The notes below the pieces were generated by a model. That model made no database searches and had not been told where the DNA came from. It saw only the letters and a program-made list of their open reading frames with translations. A program made the translations under genes and the position numbers. 64,000 nt of DNA, taken from Thermoanaerobaculia bacterium. GTDB lineage: Bacteria; Acidobacteriota; Thermoanaerobaculia; UBA5066. Positions 29,382-38,584 of the stretch are shown one piece after another. Within the stretch, counting starts at the first letter, position 1, and each line of letters opens with the position of its first letter. The stretch covers positions 552,794-616,793 of the forward strand of contig CAWFJJ010000025.1 of assembly GCA_963816185.1 (NCBI GenBank). Direction: 5' to 3'.

Positions 29382-29768
29382 TTACCAGACGCGCTGGACC
29401 GCGTAGGCGTCGAAGATGGCATCGTTGGAGAGAAGGGGAAACCCCTCGACGAGCGCCTGTGCGGCGAGCATCCGGTCGAACGGGTCACGGTGCCGGAGCG
29501 GTAGGCTGCCGGCTCGCTGAGCGTGGCGGACCGTGATGTCGAGCGGCTGAAATCCCTGACTCCCGAGACACGCCGAGACGTCCGCGGCAACGTCGAGAGC
29601 TCCCGGGAGCTTTCCTGCCGCCGCTTTGATGGTGATCTCCCACGCAGAGGCGGCGCTCACGAAGACTTCCGTCTTCTCATCGGCGACCAGCCGGCGTCCC
29701 CGCGAGGAGAGGCGGCGGTCGCCGTCGAGCCACCAGAGGAACGCGTGCGTGTCGAGGAGAAGGCGCAT
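29382..29768 (-). CDS. vapC: PIN-domain toxin (VapC family)
   Basis: LLLDTHAFLWW, SAASAWEI, HRDPFDRML. Confidence 0.93.
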   Translation of the reverse strand: MRLLLDTHAFLWWLDGDRRLSSRGRRLVADEKTEVFVSAASAWEITIKAAAGKLPGALDVAADVSACLGSQGFQPLDITVRHAQRAGSLPLRHRDPFDRMLAAQALVEGFPLLSNDAIFDAYAVQRVW

Positions 29769-29771
29769 CGC

Positions 29772-30005
29772 TCAGAGGCCCCAAGCCTTCAGGTCGGTCT
29801 TGGAAAGCGGCTTGAAGAACGCGGCCGACACGCGGGCGCGGCCGCGATAAGCGCCGAAACGGCGCGCCGGTTTGCCCACCCTGACCGGCACCAGCCGGAC
29901 GGCCGGGACCCTTCCTCGGGCGATGACGACCTCTTCGCCGGCCTCGGCCTTCTCGATGAGGCGCGAAAGATGCGTCTTGGCGGTGTGAACCGTGACGGTC
30001 TTCAT
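29772..30005 (-). CDS. Phd/YefM family antitoxin
   Basis: MKTVTVHTAKTHLSRLIE..GEEVVIARG; lies directly upstream of the PIN toxin. Confidence 0.92.
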   Translation of the reverse strand: MKTVTVHTAKTHLSRLIEKAEAGEEVVIARGRVPAVRLVPVRVGKPARRFGAYRGRARVSAAFFKPLSKTDLKAWGL

Positions 30006-30083
30006 GGAACCTCCATGGACCAATCATCTTAGCTAACACATCAGAGCGGAGCAATCCGTGCGTTCTCGTTCTAACATCCCGAC

Positions 30084-31943
30084 GTGGCTCCGATCCGGGT
30101 CCTTCCCGACGCCCTCGTCGATCAGATCGCCGCGGGCGAGGTCGTGGAGCGCCCGGCGTCCGCCGTCAAGGAGCTCGTGGAGAACGCGCTCGATGCCGGC
30201 GCGCGGCGGGTCCGCGTGGACGTCGAAGGCGGGGGGATCGCGCGGATCGAGGTCGTGGACGACGGCTCCGGCATGTCTCCCACCGACGCGAACCTGGCTC
30301 TCGAACGGCATGCGACCTCCAAGATCCGCACGTTTCAGGACCTGACCTCGATCGGCACAATGGGTTTCCGCGGCGAGGCGCTGCCCTCGATCGCCTCCGT
30401 CTCGCGCCTCGTCCTCGCGACGTCGCCGGACGAGTCCGGCCTCGGGACCGAGGTCGTGGCCGAGCGGGGCGCGCCTCCGCGCGTGTCACCCGCTCCACAC
30501 CCGAAGGGCACGCGCGTCGTCGTCGAGGACCTCTTCGGTAACGTCCCGGCGCGCCGCAACTTCCTGAAGAGCGCCGAGGCCGAGCTCCGCGCGGTCGTGA
30601 AGGTCGTCACGACGCTGGCGCTTTCGCGGCCGGACGTCGCCTTTGCGCTCGGGGCGGGAAGCCGGCTTCTCCTGGATCTGCCTCCGGCACCTGGAATCGC
30701 GTCGCGGTTCCGAGAAGTCCTCGGGCTCGCGGCCCCGGCACCCCCACGCGACGTGGACTTCGCATTGAACGGCATGACGCTCACGGGCGCCGTGACGCGG
30801 CCCGACACGACGTTTCCGTCGCGGGCGCACCAATGGTTCTTCGTGAACGGCCGCGCGATCCGGGACGCGACCGTGGCGCACGCCGTCGCGCTCGCGACGC
30901 GCGAGGTGCTGCGATCGGACCGCCACGCGGGGTTCGCGCTGTTTCTCGGCTGCGCGCCGGAGCTCTGCGACGTGAACGTACACCCGCAGAAGCTGGAGGT
31001 TCGCTTCCGCGAGCCGAGCGCCGTGCACACGCTCGTCCACCGCGGCCTCGTCCACGCGCTCACGGGGGGGAAGGGCGCCGTGGCGGTCCGTGGAGATGCA
31101 TTCGAAGGTGAAAGAGGAAGACGAGGAAGAGAACGAGATTTCTTAGAAAGGGATATTGGTTGGCGGGGCGTGTCTGAGGTCGGCGAGGGGTTGGCTCGCT
31201 ATGGCGGCGGGGACGCGGGAGCCGGAACGCTACTCGACGCGCGAGCGGCCGGCGCGTCCCCTTCCTCATATCCGCAGAAAATCTCCTCTTCTCTTTCCCC
31301 CTCTTCTCATTCGGAAGAAATCTCCTCTTCGTCTTCTTCGCTTTCCTCTTCCCCTCTCGGCCCCATTCGCCTCCTCGGCCAGTACCGCGATTCGTTCCTC
31401 GTGGGCGAAGGCGAGGAAGGGCTCGTGCTCATCGACCAGCACGTGGCGCACGAGCGCGTGAGGTACGAGAGATTTCTCGAGAGGCTCGAGGCGTCGGAGG
31501 TCTCGTCGCAGAATCTCCTGGCGCCGGTGACGTTCGAGGCGACGCCTGACGAGGCGGCGCTCCTTTCGCGGTCGGACGACTTCCTCGCCGAAGCGGGCTT
31601 CGTCGTTTCGGAGCTCTCGGGCCGGACGTTTCTGATTTCCGCCACACCGCCTGAAATGCCGGCCTCCTCGATCCTCCCCGCGCTTCGTGACACCCTCGCG
31701 CGCCTCGCGGCGTTGCCCGAGGGAGCCGCGTCCTCGCCCGCGCTCAGGCGCGAGGTCCTCGCCGCGTCGCTTGCCTGCCGTGGCGCGATCACGGTGAACC
31801 ACCGCCTCGCGCCGGCGGAGGCCGTGCGGCTTCTCGCGGACCTCGCCGCCTGCCGTGACCCGTGGACGTGTCCGCACGGGCGCCCCATCCTCCTCGCGTT
31901 TCCGCATGAAGAGCTCGAGAGACGCTTCGGGCGGCGCGGATGA
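30084..31943 (+). CDS. mutL: DNA mismatch repair endonuclease MutL
   Basis: IAAGEVVERPASAVKELVENALDA, HATSKI, GFRGEALPSI, DVNVHPQK, DQHVAHERV, CPHGRP. Confidence 0.97.
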   Translation: MAPIRVLPDALVDQIAAGEVVERPASAVKELVENALDAGARRVRVDVEGGGIARIEVVDDGSGMSPTDANLALERHATSKIRTFQDLTSIGTMGFRGEALPSIASVSRLVLATSPDESGLGTEVVAERGAPPRVSPAPHPKGTRVVVEDLFGNVPARRNFLKSAEAELRAVVKVVTTLALSRPDVAFALGAGSRLLLDLPPAPGIASRFREVLGLAAPAPPRDVDFALNGMTLTGAVTRPDTTFPSRAHQWFFVNGRAIRDATVAHAVALATREVLRSDRHAGFALFLGCAPELCDVNVHPQKLEVRFREPSAVHTLVHRGLVHALTGGKGAVAVRGDAFEGERGRRGRERDFLERDIGWRGVSEVGEGLARYGGGDAGAGTLLDARAAGASPSSYPQKISSSLSPSSHSEEISSSSSSLSSSPLGPIRLLGQYRDSFLVGEGEEGLVLIDQHVAHERVRYERFLERLEASEVSSQNLLAPVTFEATPDEAALLSRSDDFLAEAGFVVSELSGRTFLISATPPEMPASSILPALRDTLARLAALPEGAASSPALRREVLAASLACRGAITVNHRLAPAEAVRLLADLAACRDPWTCPHGRPILLAFPHEELERRFGRRG

Positions 31944-32860
31944 GCGACCGACACGACCTCTTCGCGCCGAAGCTCGGCCTCACGCTGCCGCTCTGCAGCT
32001 TCCACTTCATCTTCTTCTTGCTCCTCAGGATGAACCCCGAGCAGACATACGGGCTCTTCGCGTTCAATCCCCGGACCGCCCTCGAAAGGCCGTGGACGTT
32101 CGTGACGTACCAGTTCCTGGACGGAGGGCTATTCGAGCTCTTTTTCGGCACGCTGATTCTCTACATCCTCGGGTCCGCGCTCGAGGCGGAGTGGGGAACG
32201 GGCGAGTTCACCGTCTTCTGGCTCGTTTCGACGCTCGGGGCCTCCCTCGCGGCGCTCGTCACGGGAAACGCGCTCGTTTCGGGCGGCGTCGTGACGGGTG
32301 CGTCACTGCTCTTCGCGTACGCATACCTCTTCCCCGACATGCAGTTCCTGATCATGTTCGTGATCCCCGTGAAGGTGAAGTGGCTCGCGTGGCTGGGCGT
32401 GGCCTTCCTCGGATGGGATCTCGTGAAGGCGATTCTCGCGGGACGGCCGGGAGCGGGGTTCGTGTCAGTCGCCGGCGCCGGCGCGGGATTCCTCTTCTTC
32501 TGGATCCGCCACCACGGACGGTACCGCGTGAAGAAGGTGGCGCAGTCCGCGGTGGTCGCCGTGAAGTCCGCCGGTGCATTGCGTGAGGACGCGGTTCTCG
32601 AGCGCCGCAACCGCGAGCTGTTCCCGAAAGTCGAGGACCTGCGCCGGGCGACGCAGGGCGGCGGCGACCCGCCGCCGCGACAGCGCGAGTTCGCTGCGGA
32701 GCTCGGGAAGCTCGTCGTCCCCGGCGTGAACATCTGCAAGCCCATCGACTTCAAGGGCGACAAGGACGGCATCTGCGTGAAGTGCGAGGGCTTCGCCGAA
32801 TGCTCGCTCCGCTACGTCGCGGGGCAGCCGACCGAGATCGTCGTCAAGACGCGAGAGTAG
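31940..32860 (+). CDS. Rhomboid-fold membrane protein with C-terminal Cys cluster (possibly catalytically inactive)
   Basis: PWTFVTYQF, LGSALEAEWG, YAYLFPD, IPVKVKW. No clear GxSG or AHxxG catalytic motifs. Confidence 0.72.
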   Translation: MSDRHDLFAPKLGLTLPLCSFHFIFFLLLRMNPEQTYGLFAFNPRTALERPWTFVTYQFLDGGLFELFFGTLILYILGSALEAEWGTGEFTVFWLVSTLGASLAALVTGNALVSGGVVTGASLLFAYAYLFPDMQFLIMFVIPVKVKWLAWLGVAFLGWDLVKAILAGRPGAGFVSVAGAGAGFLFFWIRHHGRYRVKKVAQSAVVAVKSAGALREDAVLERRNRELFPKVEDLRRATQGGGDPPPRQREFAAELGKLVVPGVNICKPIDFKGDKDGICVKCEGFAECSLRYVAGQPTEIVVKTRE

Positions 32861-32895
32861 GGCGGGATAGAATCCCGCCCCAAAGGCGCCACGTC

Positions 32896-33396
32896 ATGCT
32901 CATCTTCGTCAGCCTTGCGGCGATCGGTCTCTTCCTGACCGCTGCCTCCGCGCTCCTCGGACACGATTTCGAGGCGCATCCCGAGCTCGAGGTAGGCGGG
33001 GTCGGGTTCATCAGCATGCGCGCGATGGCGATCTTCCTGCTGACGTTCGGGACCGTCGGCGCCCTCGGGCGGTGGCTCGAGAAGCCGCCCATCACGAGCT
33101 CCCTCTGGGGCCTTCTCGCCGGCGTCGGCACGTACGGCATCTACATCGCGGCCATGCAGCTCATCAGGTCCCAGCAGGCGAGCTCGCTCATCGAGGATCG
33201 CGAGCTCGTGGGCCTGACCGCCATGGTGACGGTCGCCATCCCCGCGGACGGCGTCGGAGAGGTGACGTGCCGGCTGAAGTCCCAGACGACGCGTCGGATG
33301 GCGCGGGCCAAGCACCCGCAGCCGATCGCCGAAGGTGCTCTCGTGAAGGTCACCGACCTGCACGGCGCGCTGCTGCTCGTCGAGCCCGTCACTTAG
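32896..33396 (+). CDS. NfeD-like membrane protein (YuaF/YqiJ type)
   Basis: Three TM segments, then an OB-fold tail (LVGLTAMVTVAIPADGVGEV...IAEGALVKV). Precedes flotillin. Confidence 0.82.
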   Translation: MLIFVSLAAIGLFLTAASALLGHDFEAHPELEVGGVGFISMRAMAIFLLTFGTVGALGRWLEKPPITSSLWGLLAGVGTYGIYIAAMQLIRSQQASSLIEDRELVGLTAMVTVAIPADGVGEVTCRLKSQTTRRMARAKHPQPIAEGALVKVTDLHGALLLVEPVT

Positions 33397-33417
33397 CTCT
33401 CCAAGGAGCCGCTTTCA

Positions 33418-34986
33418 ATGCCCAGCTTCATCCTTCCCGTTCTTCTCGTCCTCGTCGCGATCGTGCTTCTCGTCGTCCTGATGACGGCGGTCCGCAACTA
33501 CATCAAGGTCCCACCGAACAAGGTGGCCGTCTTCTACGGGCGAAAGCACAAGACGCCCGACGGAAAGCTCGTCGGGTTCCGGCTCGTGACCGGGGGCGCG
33601 GGCTGGAAGTGGCCCGTCCTGGAGAACGTCACGTACCTCGACCTGAGCGTCTTCCCGATCGATCTCGACGTGCGGGACGTGCCGAACATCGACGGCGTTC
33701 TCGTGAGCGTCCAGGCGGTCGCGAACGTGAAGGTCCGCAGCGACGAGCAGTCGCTCACGGCGGCCGCGGAGCGTTTCCTGGGGTCGACACCCACCGAGAT
33801 CAAGCAGATCGCCTACAAGAACCTGGAAGGGCATCTGCGCTCCATCGTCGGCCGCCTCACCGTGGAGGAGATCGTCCGCGACCGATCGAAGTTCAATCAG
33901 GAGGTCCTGACGGAGGCGACGTCGGACCTCGCGAAGATCGGCCTCGGCGTCGACGTCCTCACGATCCAGAAGGTCAACGATTCCGAGGGCTACATCGAGG
34001 CGCTCGGGAAGAAACGGACCGCCGAGGTGAAGCGCGACGCGCAGATCGGCGAGGCGAACGCGGCGCGCGAGGCCACGATCCAGTCCACCACGTCTCTCCG
34101 GGAAGGCAAGGAGAAGGAGAACGAGAACCTCGCGCTCGTCGCGCTGGCCGAAAAGGAGCGGGACGTCCGCAAGGCGACGTACGAGGCGGACGTCCTCTCC
34201 CAGCAGGCCACGGCCAAGCAGTCGGGGCCGCTTGCCGACGCACGGGCCCGGCAGCAGGTCATCGAGCAGGAGGTGATGGTCGAGCTGATCCGGACGCGCA
34301 AGCAGACGGAAGTCGCCGAGGCCGATGCCCTGAAGCGCGAGAAGCAGCTCCTCTCGGAGATCGTCAAGCCCTCCGAGGCGCAGAAGCAGCAGATCATCCT
34401 CCAGGCCGAAGCCTCCCGGCAGCGCGAGATTCTCGAGGCCGAGGGCAAGAAGTCCGCGATCATCGCGATCGCCGACGGCGAGAAGCAGCGGCTCGCGATG
34501 GAAGGCATGGGCCAGGCCGACGCGCTGCGCGCGAAGCTCCTCGCCGAGGCGGAGGGGAACAAGGCGAAGCTCCTCGCCGAGGCCGAAGGAAACAAGGCCA
34601 AGCTCCTCGCCGAAGCCGAGGGAATCAAGGCGAAGCTGCTCGCCGAGGCCGAAGGAGCGCTCCGAAAAGCCGAGGCCTTCGCGAAGCTGGACGACTCTTC
34701 CCGGGCGCTTCTCGTCCTCGAAAGGTTCCCGGAGATCATCAAGGCTTTCGCCCCGGTCGCCAGCGCGGTCGCCGCCCCGCTCGGGAACATCGACAAGCTC
34801 GTCATGATCGACTCGGGCGGGTCGGGAGACGGAAACAGCACGGTCAATCGTCTCGCGAGCACCGTTCCCACGACGATGTTCCAGGTCATGCAGGCGGCGC
34901 AGGCCTTGGGCCTCGACATGAGCGTCCTCCTGGGCAAGCTCGGGATCAAAGCGGAGGAAGAGACCAAGGGCGCGAAGAAAGCCTAG
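33418..34986 (+). CDS. Flotillin (SPFH/band 7 family)
   Basis: N-terminal TM, AAERFLG, LEGHLRSIVG, GYIEALGK, AEVKRDAQI, EA-rich coiled coil. Confidence 0.93.
   Translation: MPSFILPVLLVLVAIVLLVVLMTAVRNYIKVPPNKVAVFYGRKHKTPDGKLVGFRLVTGGAGWKWPVLENVTYLDLSVFPIDLDVRDVPNIDGVLVSVQAVANVKVRSDEQSLTAAAERFLGSTPTEIKQIAYKNLEGHLRSIVGRLTVEEIVRDRSKFNQEVLTEATSDLAKIGLGVDVLTIQKVNDSEGYIEALGKKRTAEVKRDAQIGEANAAREATIQSTTSLREGKEKENENLALVALAEKERDVRKATYEADVLSQQATAKQSGPLADARARQQVIEQEVMVELIRTRKQTEVAEADALKREKQLLSEIVKPSEAQKQQIILQAEASRQREILEAEGKKSAIIAIADGEKQRLAMEGMGQADALRAKLLAEAEGNKAKLLAEAEGNKAKLLAEAEGIKAKLLAEAEGALRKAEAFAKLDDSSRALLVLERFPEIIKAFAPVASAVAAPLGNIDKLVMIDSGGSGDGNSTVNRLASTVPTTMFQVMQAAQALGLDMSVLLGKLGIKAEEETKGAKKA
34531..34656 (+). 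repeat. 33-bp coding tandem repeat, about 4 units (AKLLAEAEG[NI]K)
   Basis: AKLLAEAEGNK-AKLLAEAEGNK-AKLLAEAEGIK-AKLLAEAEG within flotillin. Confidence 0.9.
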
Positions 34987-35026
34987 GAAGGCGCACGCGG
35001 CAGCCGAAGGCCGCTAGAATCCTCTC

Positions 35027-35569
35027 GTGCCGATGCCTTTCGCTTTCACTTTCGCTCTCGTGTTCGCTCTCGCGGCGCCCCCTTCGCCGATTCCAGGCGT
35101 GCCGTTCCCCCCCGGAGGAGAGATCGACCCCGTTCTCACGCAGGTCTTCACCGACCGCGCCGCAGTCGAGACGCGTCAGGCGCTGGCTCGCCTCGACGCC
35201 GACACGTCGCGAACCGCGGTCGAAAAAGCCGAGCTGAAGAAGCGGCTCGCAAAGCTCAAGATCGCGGTGTTCACGACGCCGAGGTCGCTGGACGAAAGCG
35301 TCGCCTCTTACGAGCGCCTGCTCCCGCAATCGCGCTTCATCTTCGCCGAGCGCAATCTCGAGGCCGACCTCAGGGACGGCATGAAGAGCGGCGCGATCCA
35401 GGCGGACGCGGCGGCGGTCGCGAAAGCCGTGGGCCAGAGAGGGAGGTCCGCGCGCTGGAACCGCGCGGACGGCGCCCTCGAAATCGACATCGAGGACCAC
35501 CTCATCGATCCGCGAACGGGCGCGATTTCCGAAAAGACGATCGTCCTCGTCACCTCGTTGGGGGATTGA
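35027..35569 (+). CDS. Hypothetical exported protein
   Basis: 180-aa ORF with a signal-peptide-like N-terminus and host-like codon usage. TAGAAT lies 6 nt upstream. Confidence 0.7.
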   Translation: MPMPFAFTFALVFALAAPPSPIPGVPFPPGGEIDPVLTQVFTDRAAVETRQALARLDADTSRTAVEKAELKKRLAKLKIAVFTTPRSLDESVASYERLLPQSRFIFAERNLEADLRDGMKSGAIQADAAAVAKAVGQRGRSARWNRADGALEIDIEDHLIDPRTGAISEKTIVLVTSLGD

Positions 35570-35608
35570 CGTTGCGCAGTCGAAGCCGGGCCGGCATTTG
35601 CGCGGGGT

Positions 35609-37780
35609 CTATTGGAAGTAGCCGTTCACGTCGACGATGACGTGAACCGGGCCGGAGGCATCGTTGAAGATCCCGACCTTTCCTGTCCCGTCACGCGAAA
35701 GCTCGAGCATGGCGTTGTTCGCCCGCGTCTGCCCCGCCCGGAAGCTGATCGTGCTCGCGACCGGGACCGCGACGTCTCCGGGGTAGGCGGTCAGCGATCC
35801 CGCGGCCGCGGGCCCCGTGACCGTCACGTTGACGGAAAGAGAGGTCGCCGTCATCGGAATGCCGCACCTTCCCTCGTGCGAAAACACGCGCGAGGAGGCC
35901 GCCGCCAGCGCCGGTGACGCGGCGTCGGGCCCGATCGGATTCCGCGTGTCGAAGAGCCGGCAAGGGGGGAGGGTGTAGAAGGACGAGGCGGCCGGGCTCC
36001 CGCTTCCGCCCGTCCCGGGGTTCCCGCTCGACGGGCCGTTCACCGGCCCTCTGCTCATGCGCGACACGTCGAAGAGAAACGTCTGGTTGCCCTGAGAGCT
36101 GCCGTACCCGATCACCCGCTCGTCCGTGTACGTATTCCCTGCCGCGTCGACGTACGTCACGTCCACGATTCCCGGATCGGAATCGACGGATGCCGTCGCC
36201 GGATGCGACGCGCTCGCCCACGGCGGAGCCGCAAGAAAAACGCCGTTCACGACGGGAACGGGTGGCCCGTCCGGAAAGCCCCTGTGATTCAGGGAGATGA
36301 CTCCGCCGTTCGCGCCGACGACTCCTCCGAACACGCCGGCGGCATTGCGCAGCGGGGCCCCGATGATCTGATAGGAGTCGTGCGTGACGGTCGTTCCCGC
36401 GGTGAATTGGACGCTCAGGCGGTACAGGTCGAAAGGCAGGACGCTCGTCGCGTACGTGGAGGGATCGCCGCCGGGCCAGGGAAGATTCGTGGCTTGCGTC
36501 GTGAGGTTCACCTCATCGCTCCCGAACCCGAAGAATGCGGGCGGGTTGTCGGTTGGCGCGATCTGGAGCCCCTTCTGCCAGACGACGTCGCCGCGGCTCG
36601 TGCGCAGCGTCGCCGTTCCCAGCGAGCCGTTCAGGTCGTAATAGACATAAGTGCCCGCGCTGTTGGTGTAGACCCAATCCGAGCCGTTCGAGAACGTCTC
36701 GTAGAGGAACGTCCGGTTGAAGATGAAATAGTCCCCGGACCACGGGTAGCGCTGCGTCTGGAGCCACACCTTCTTGCCGGGGTGATCCGCGCAGTCGAAG
36801 ATGTGCTGCTCGTCGATCCATTGCGCCGCGGACCGGCCCTCGATGACCGGCGCGACCGTCCGGATGATGTCCACGACGAGGTCACGCGACATGGTCAGGT
36901 GAGGATCGGCGTTGAGACGGCGATAGAACTCGGCGTTGAAGGCCCGATGAAAGCCCGGGTGCTCCCACTCGATCTTCGCGATGGCCGCGGCCGCCACCTC
37001 GTATCGAGTCCAATAGAGGAGCATTCCTCCCGAGTCGCTCCAGAAGTTCGTCGTCCCGAGCTCCGGCACGTTCTGGAAGTCGTAATCCCATTCGTGGCTC
37101 GACTCGTAGATTTGCTGGGAGAGTCCGAACGAAGGGAAGCGGCGCGCGAATTCCGTCATCGCCTCGTAAGAGACGGCCTGGGCGAAACCCTCCTCGAAGC
37201 CGTTCAGCGTGGCGTCGTACTGCCACGAGGGACCGCTGCTCAGGACCCGGTCGCGGCGAAAGGCGTGCACGAGCTCGTGCGTGAGCAGCTGGTACGTGAC
37301 GGTGTCTCCGAGGTGGATCTCGTCGACCGAGGGAAAAAAGACCGCCGACGCGGTGTATCGGAGGTCGCGAATGACGGTCAGGGTGTACGAAGTGGCCGGC
37401 GGGCCGTACAGGTCGGAGAGCACGGGCAGCATCTGATCCAGGAAGGCGCTGAGTGCAGCTACTTTCTGCGGCGGCCAGGTCGAGGTCTCCGTGCCGTCGG
37501 CGGCGAAGCCGGTCGAGGCGAAGGTGTACTTGATCTGGTTGCCGGCCTCGCCGTAGATCGTCGGTGCCGTGTCGGCCGCACGCCGAACCTGCTGGAGAGA
37601 GCCGGGCGCCGATCCCGACAGCGTGGGTCGCGTGATCCAGACTTCGCGGTCCACCGCCTCGCGGAGGATCGGCGTCTCGTGCGGGCCGACCTCCGCACGT
37701 GCCGTCCCGGCAGATCCGGCGGCCAGGAGAGCCGCGGCCAGGGCGGCGAAACGGAAGGAGGTCTTGGTGCGGGTGTCCAT
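35609..37780 (-). CDS. Secreted putative zinc metallopeptidase with conserved C-terminal module
   Basis: Signal peptide, THELVH...EEGFA (gluzincin-like), Gly/Ser linker, C-terminal FYTLPPCRLFDTR...VIVDVNGYFQ. Confidence 0.75.
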   Translation of the reverse strand: MDTRTKTSFRFAALAAALLAAGSAGTARAEVGPHETPILREAVDREVWITRPTLSGSAPGSLQQVRRAADTAPTIYGEAGNQIKYTFASTGFAADGTETSTWPPQKVAALSAFLDQMLPVLSDLYGPPATSYTLTVIRDLRYTASAVFFPSVDEIHLGDTVTYQLLTHELVHAFRRDRVLSSGPSWQYDATLNGFEEGFAQAVSYEAMTEFARRFPSFGLSQQIYESSHEWDYDFQNVPELGTTNFWSDSGGMLLYWTRYEVAAAAIAKIEWEHPGFHRAFNAEFYRRLNADPHLTMSRDLVVDIIRTVAPVIEGRSAAQWIDEQHIFDCADHPGKKVWLQTQRYPWSGDYFIFNRTFLYETFSNGSDWVYTNSAGTYVYYDLNGSLGTATLRTSRGDVVWQKGLQIAPTDNPPAFFGFGSDEVNLTTQATNLPWPGGDPSTYATSVLPFDLYRLSVQFTAGTTVTHDSYQIIGAPLRNAAGVFGGVVGANGGVISLNHRGFPDGPPVPVVNGVFLAAPPWASASHPATASVDSDPGIVDVTYVDAAGNTYTDERVIGYGSSQGNQTFLFDVSRMSRGPVNGPSSGNPGTGGSGSPAASSFYTLPPCRLFDTRNPIGPDAASPALAAASSRVFSHEGRCGIPMTATSLSVNVTVTGPAAAGSLTAYPGDVAVPVASTISFRAGQTRANNAMLELSRDGTGKVGIFNDASGPVHVIVDVNGYFQ

Positions 37781-37994
37781 TGGCTTTTGCGAGCTGCAGT
37801 CGCTGCGGGACACGTTGCAACCGCGGAACCATGAGGAATCTCAAGGGGATGCGGAGACTTCGTTGGAAACACGGCACTTAGCGCCCGCCTCAAAACTCGA
37901 AATGTGTCAGAGCCGTGGCGCACACGGTGTCAGACACAGCTCAGAGACAGCGGGGCAGGTCCGTCGTCAGGAGGAGCGAGCGGCGTGAGGCTCT

Positions 37995-38570
37995 TCAGCC
38001 CTCGGCAGATGGGCCGCCGTCGGCGCGCTTCGACTGATAGTGGCGGAAGACCTGCCAGGCGCCGAAGGCGACGAGGAGGATCGGCCACCAGTCGTCCAGG
38101 AAGGACAGGTCGATCGTCACGAATCGGTCGAGGAGCAGGAACCCCCCGATCAGGATCAGGAGAAGACCTGCCGTGAGGCTTCCGCTCACGCGCACCGGCT
38201 CGTCGGAGCCGAGGATGTTCGCTTCCGGCCGGCCCGTCATGTTGATCGCCTTGGCCTGGCGCACCGCGTCGATGATCGAGAAGACCATCCAGAACGGAAT
38301 GGCAATCCCCGGAAACGGCCCGTGGGAGTGTCCAGCGAGCGAGATGAAGAGGACCCAGACGCCGAAGAGGATCGCGGCGCGTTGGTAGAGGCCGAGATAG
38401 AGGTGCCCCATCCCCGGAATGATCCCGAGTGCGCCCGCGGCGCCGGGATTCTTCGGGAGCGGCGGAGCCGGCAACGCGCCCGCGGGAGAGAAGGCGACGG
38501 GGGGCGGCGGCGGCGCCTGTGAAAGCGACGCCGCGTTCGGTGGCTGCGGGTTCGTACTCGTGTCGTTCAT
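37995..38570 (-). CDS. Membrane protein (TM2-like + LiaF/DUF5668-like segments)
   Basis: KNPGAAGALGIIPGMGHLYLG and GLLLILIGGFLLL..WWPILLVAFG. RBS-like GGTG upstream of the ATG. Confidence 0.75.
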   Translation of the reverse strand: MNDTSTNPQPPNAASLSQAPPPPPVAFSPAGALPAPPLPKNPGAAGALGIIPGMGHLYLGLYQRAAILFGVWVLFISLAGHSHGPFPGIAIPFWMVFSIIDAVRQAKAINMTGRPEANILGSDEPVRVSGSLTAGLLLILIGGFLLLDRFVTIDLSFLDDWWPILLVAFGAWQVFRHYQSKRADGGPSAEG

Positions 38571-38584
38571 CGTTTCACCTGTCG

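Noticed and set aside
34531-34656. 33-bp periodic repeat that could be mistaken for a CRISPR array
   Set aside because: No spacers; it is an in-frame coiled-coil repeat with synonymous variation. I saw no CRISPR array or cas gene in the window.
37903-37950. Repeated tgtcag/gacac motifs upstream of the secreted metallopeptidase gene
   Set aside because: Could be an operator, but too short and irregular to support a call.
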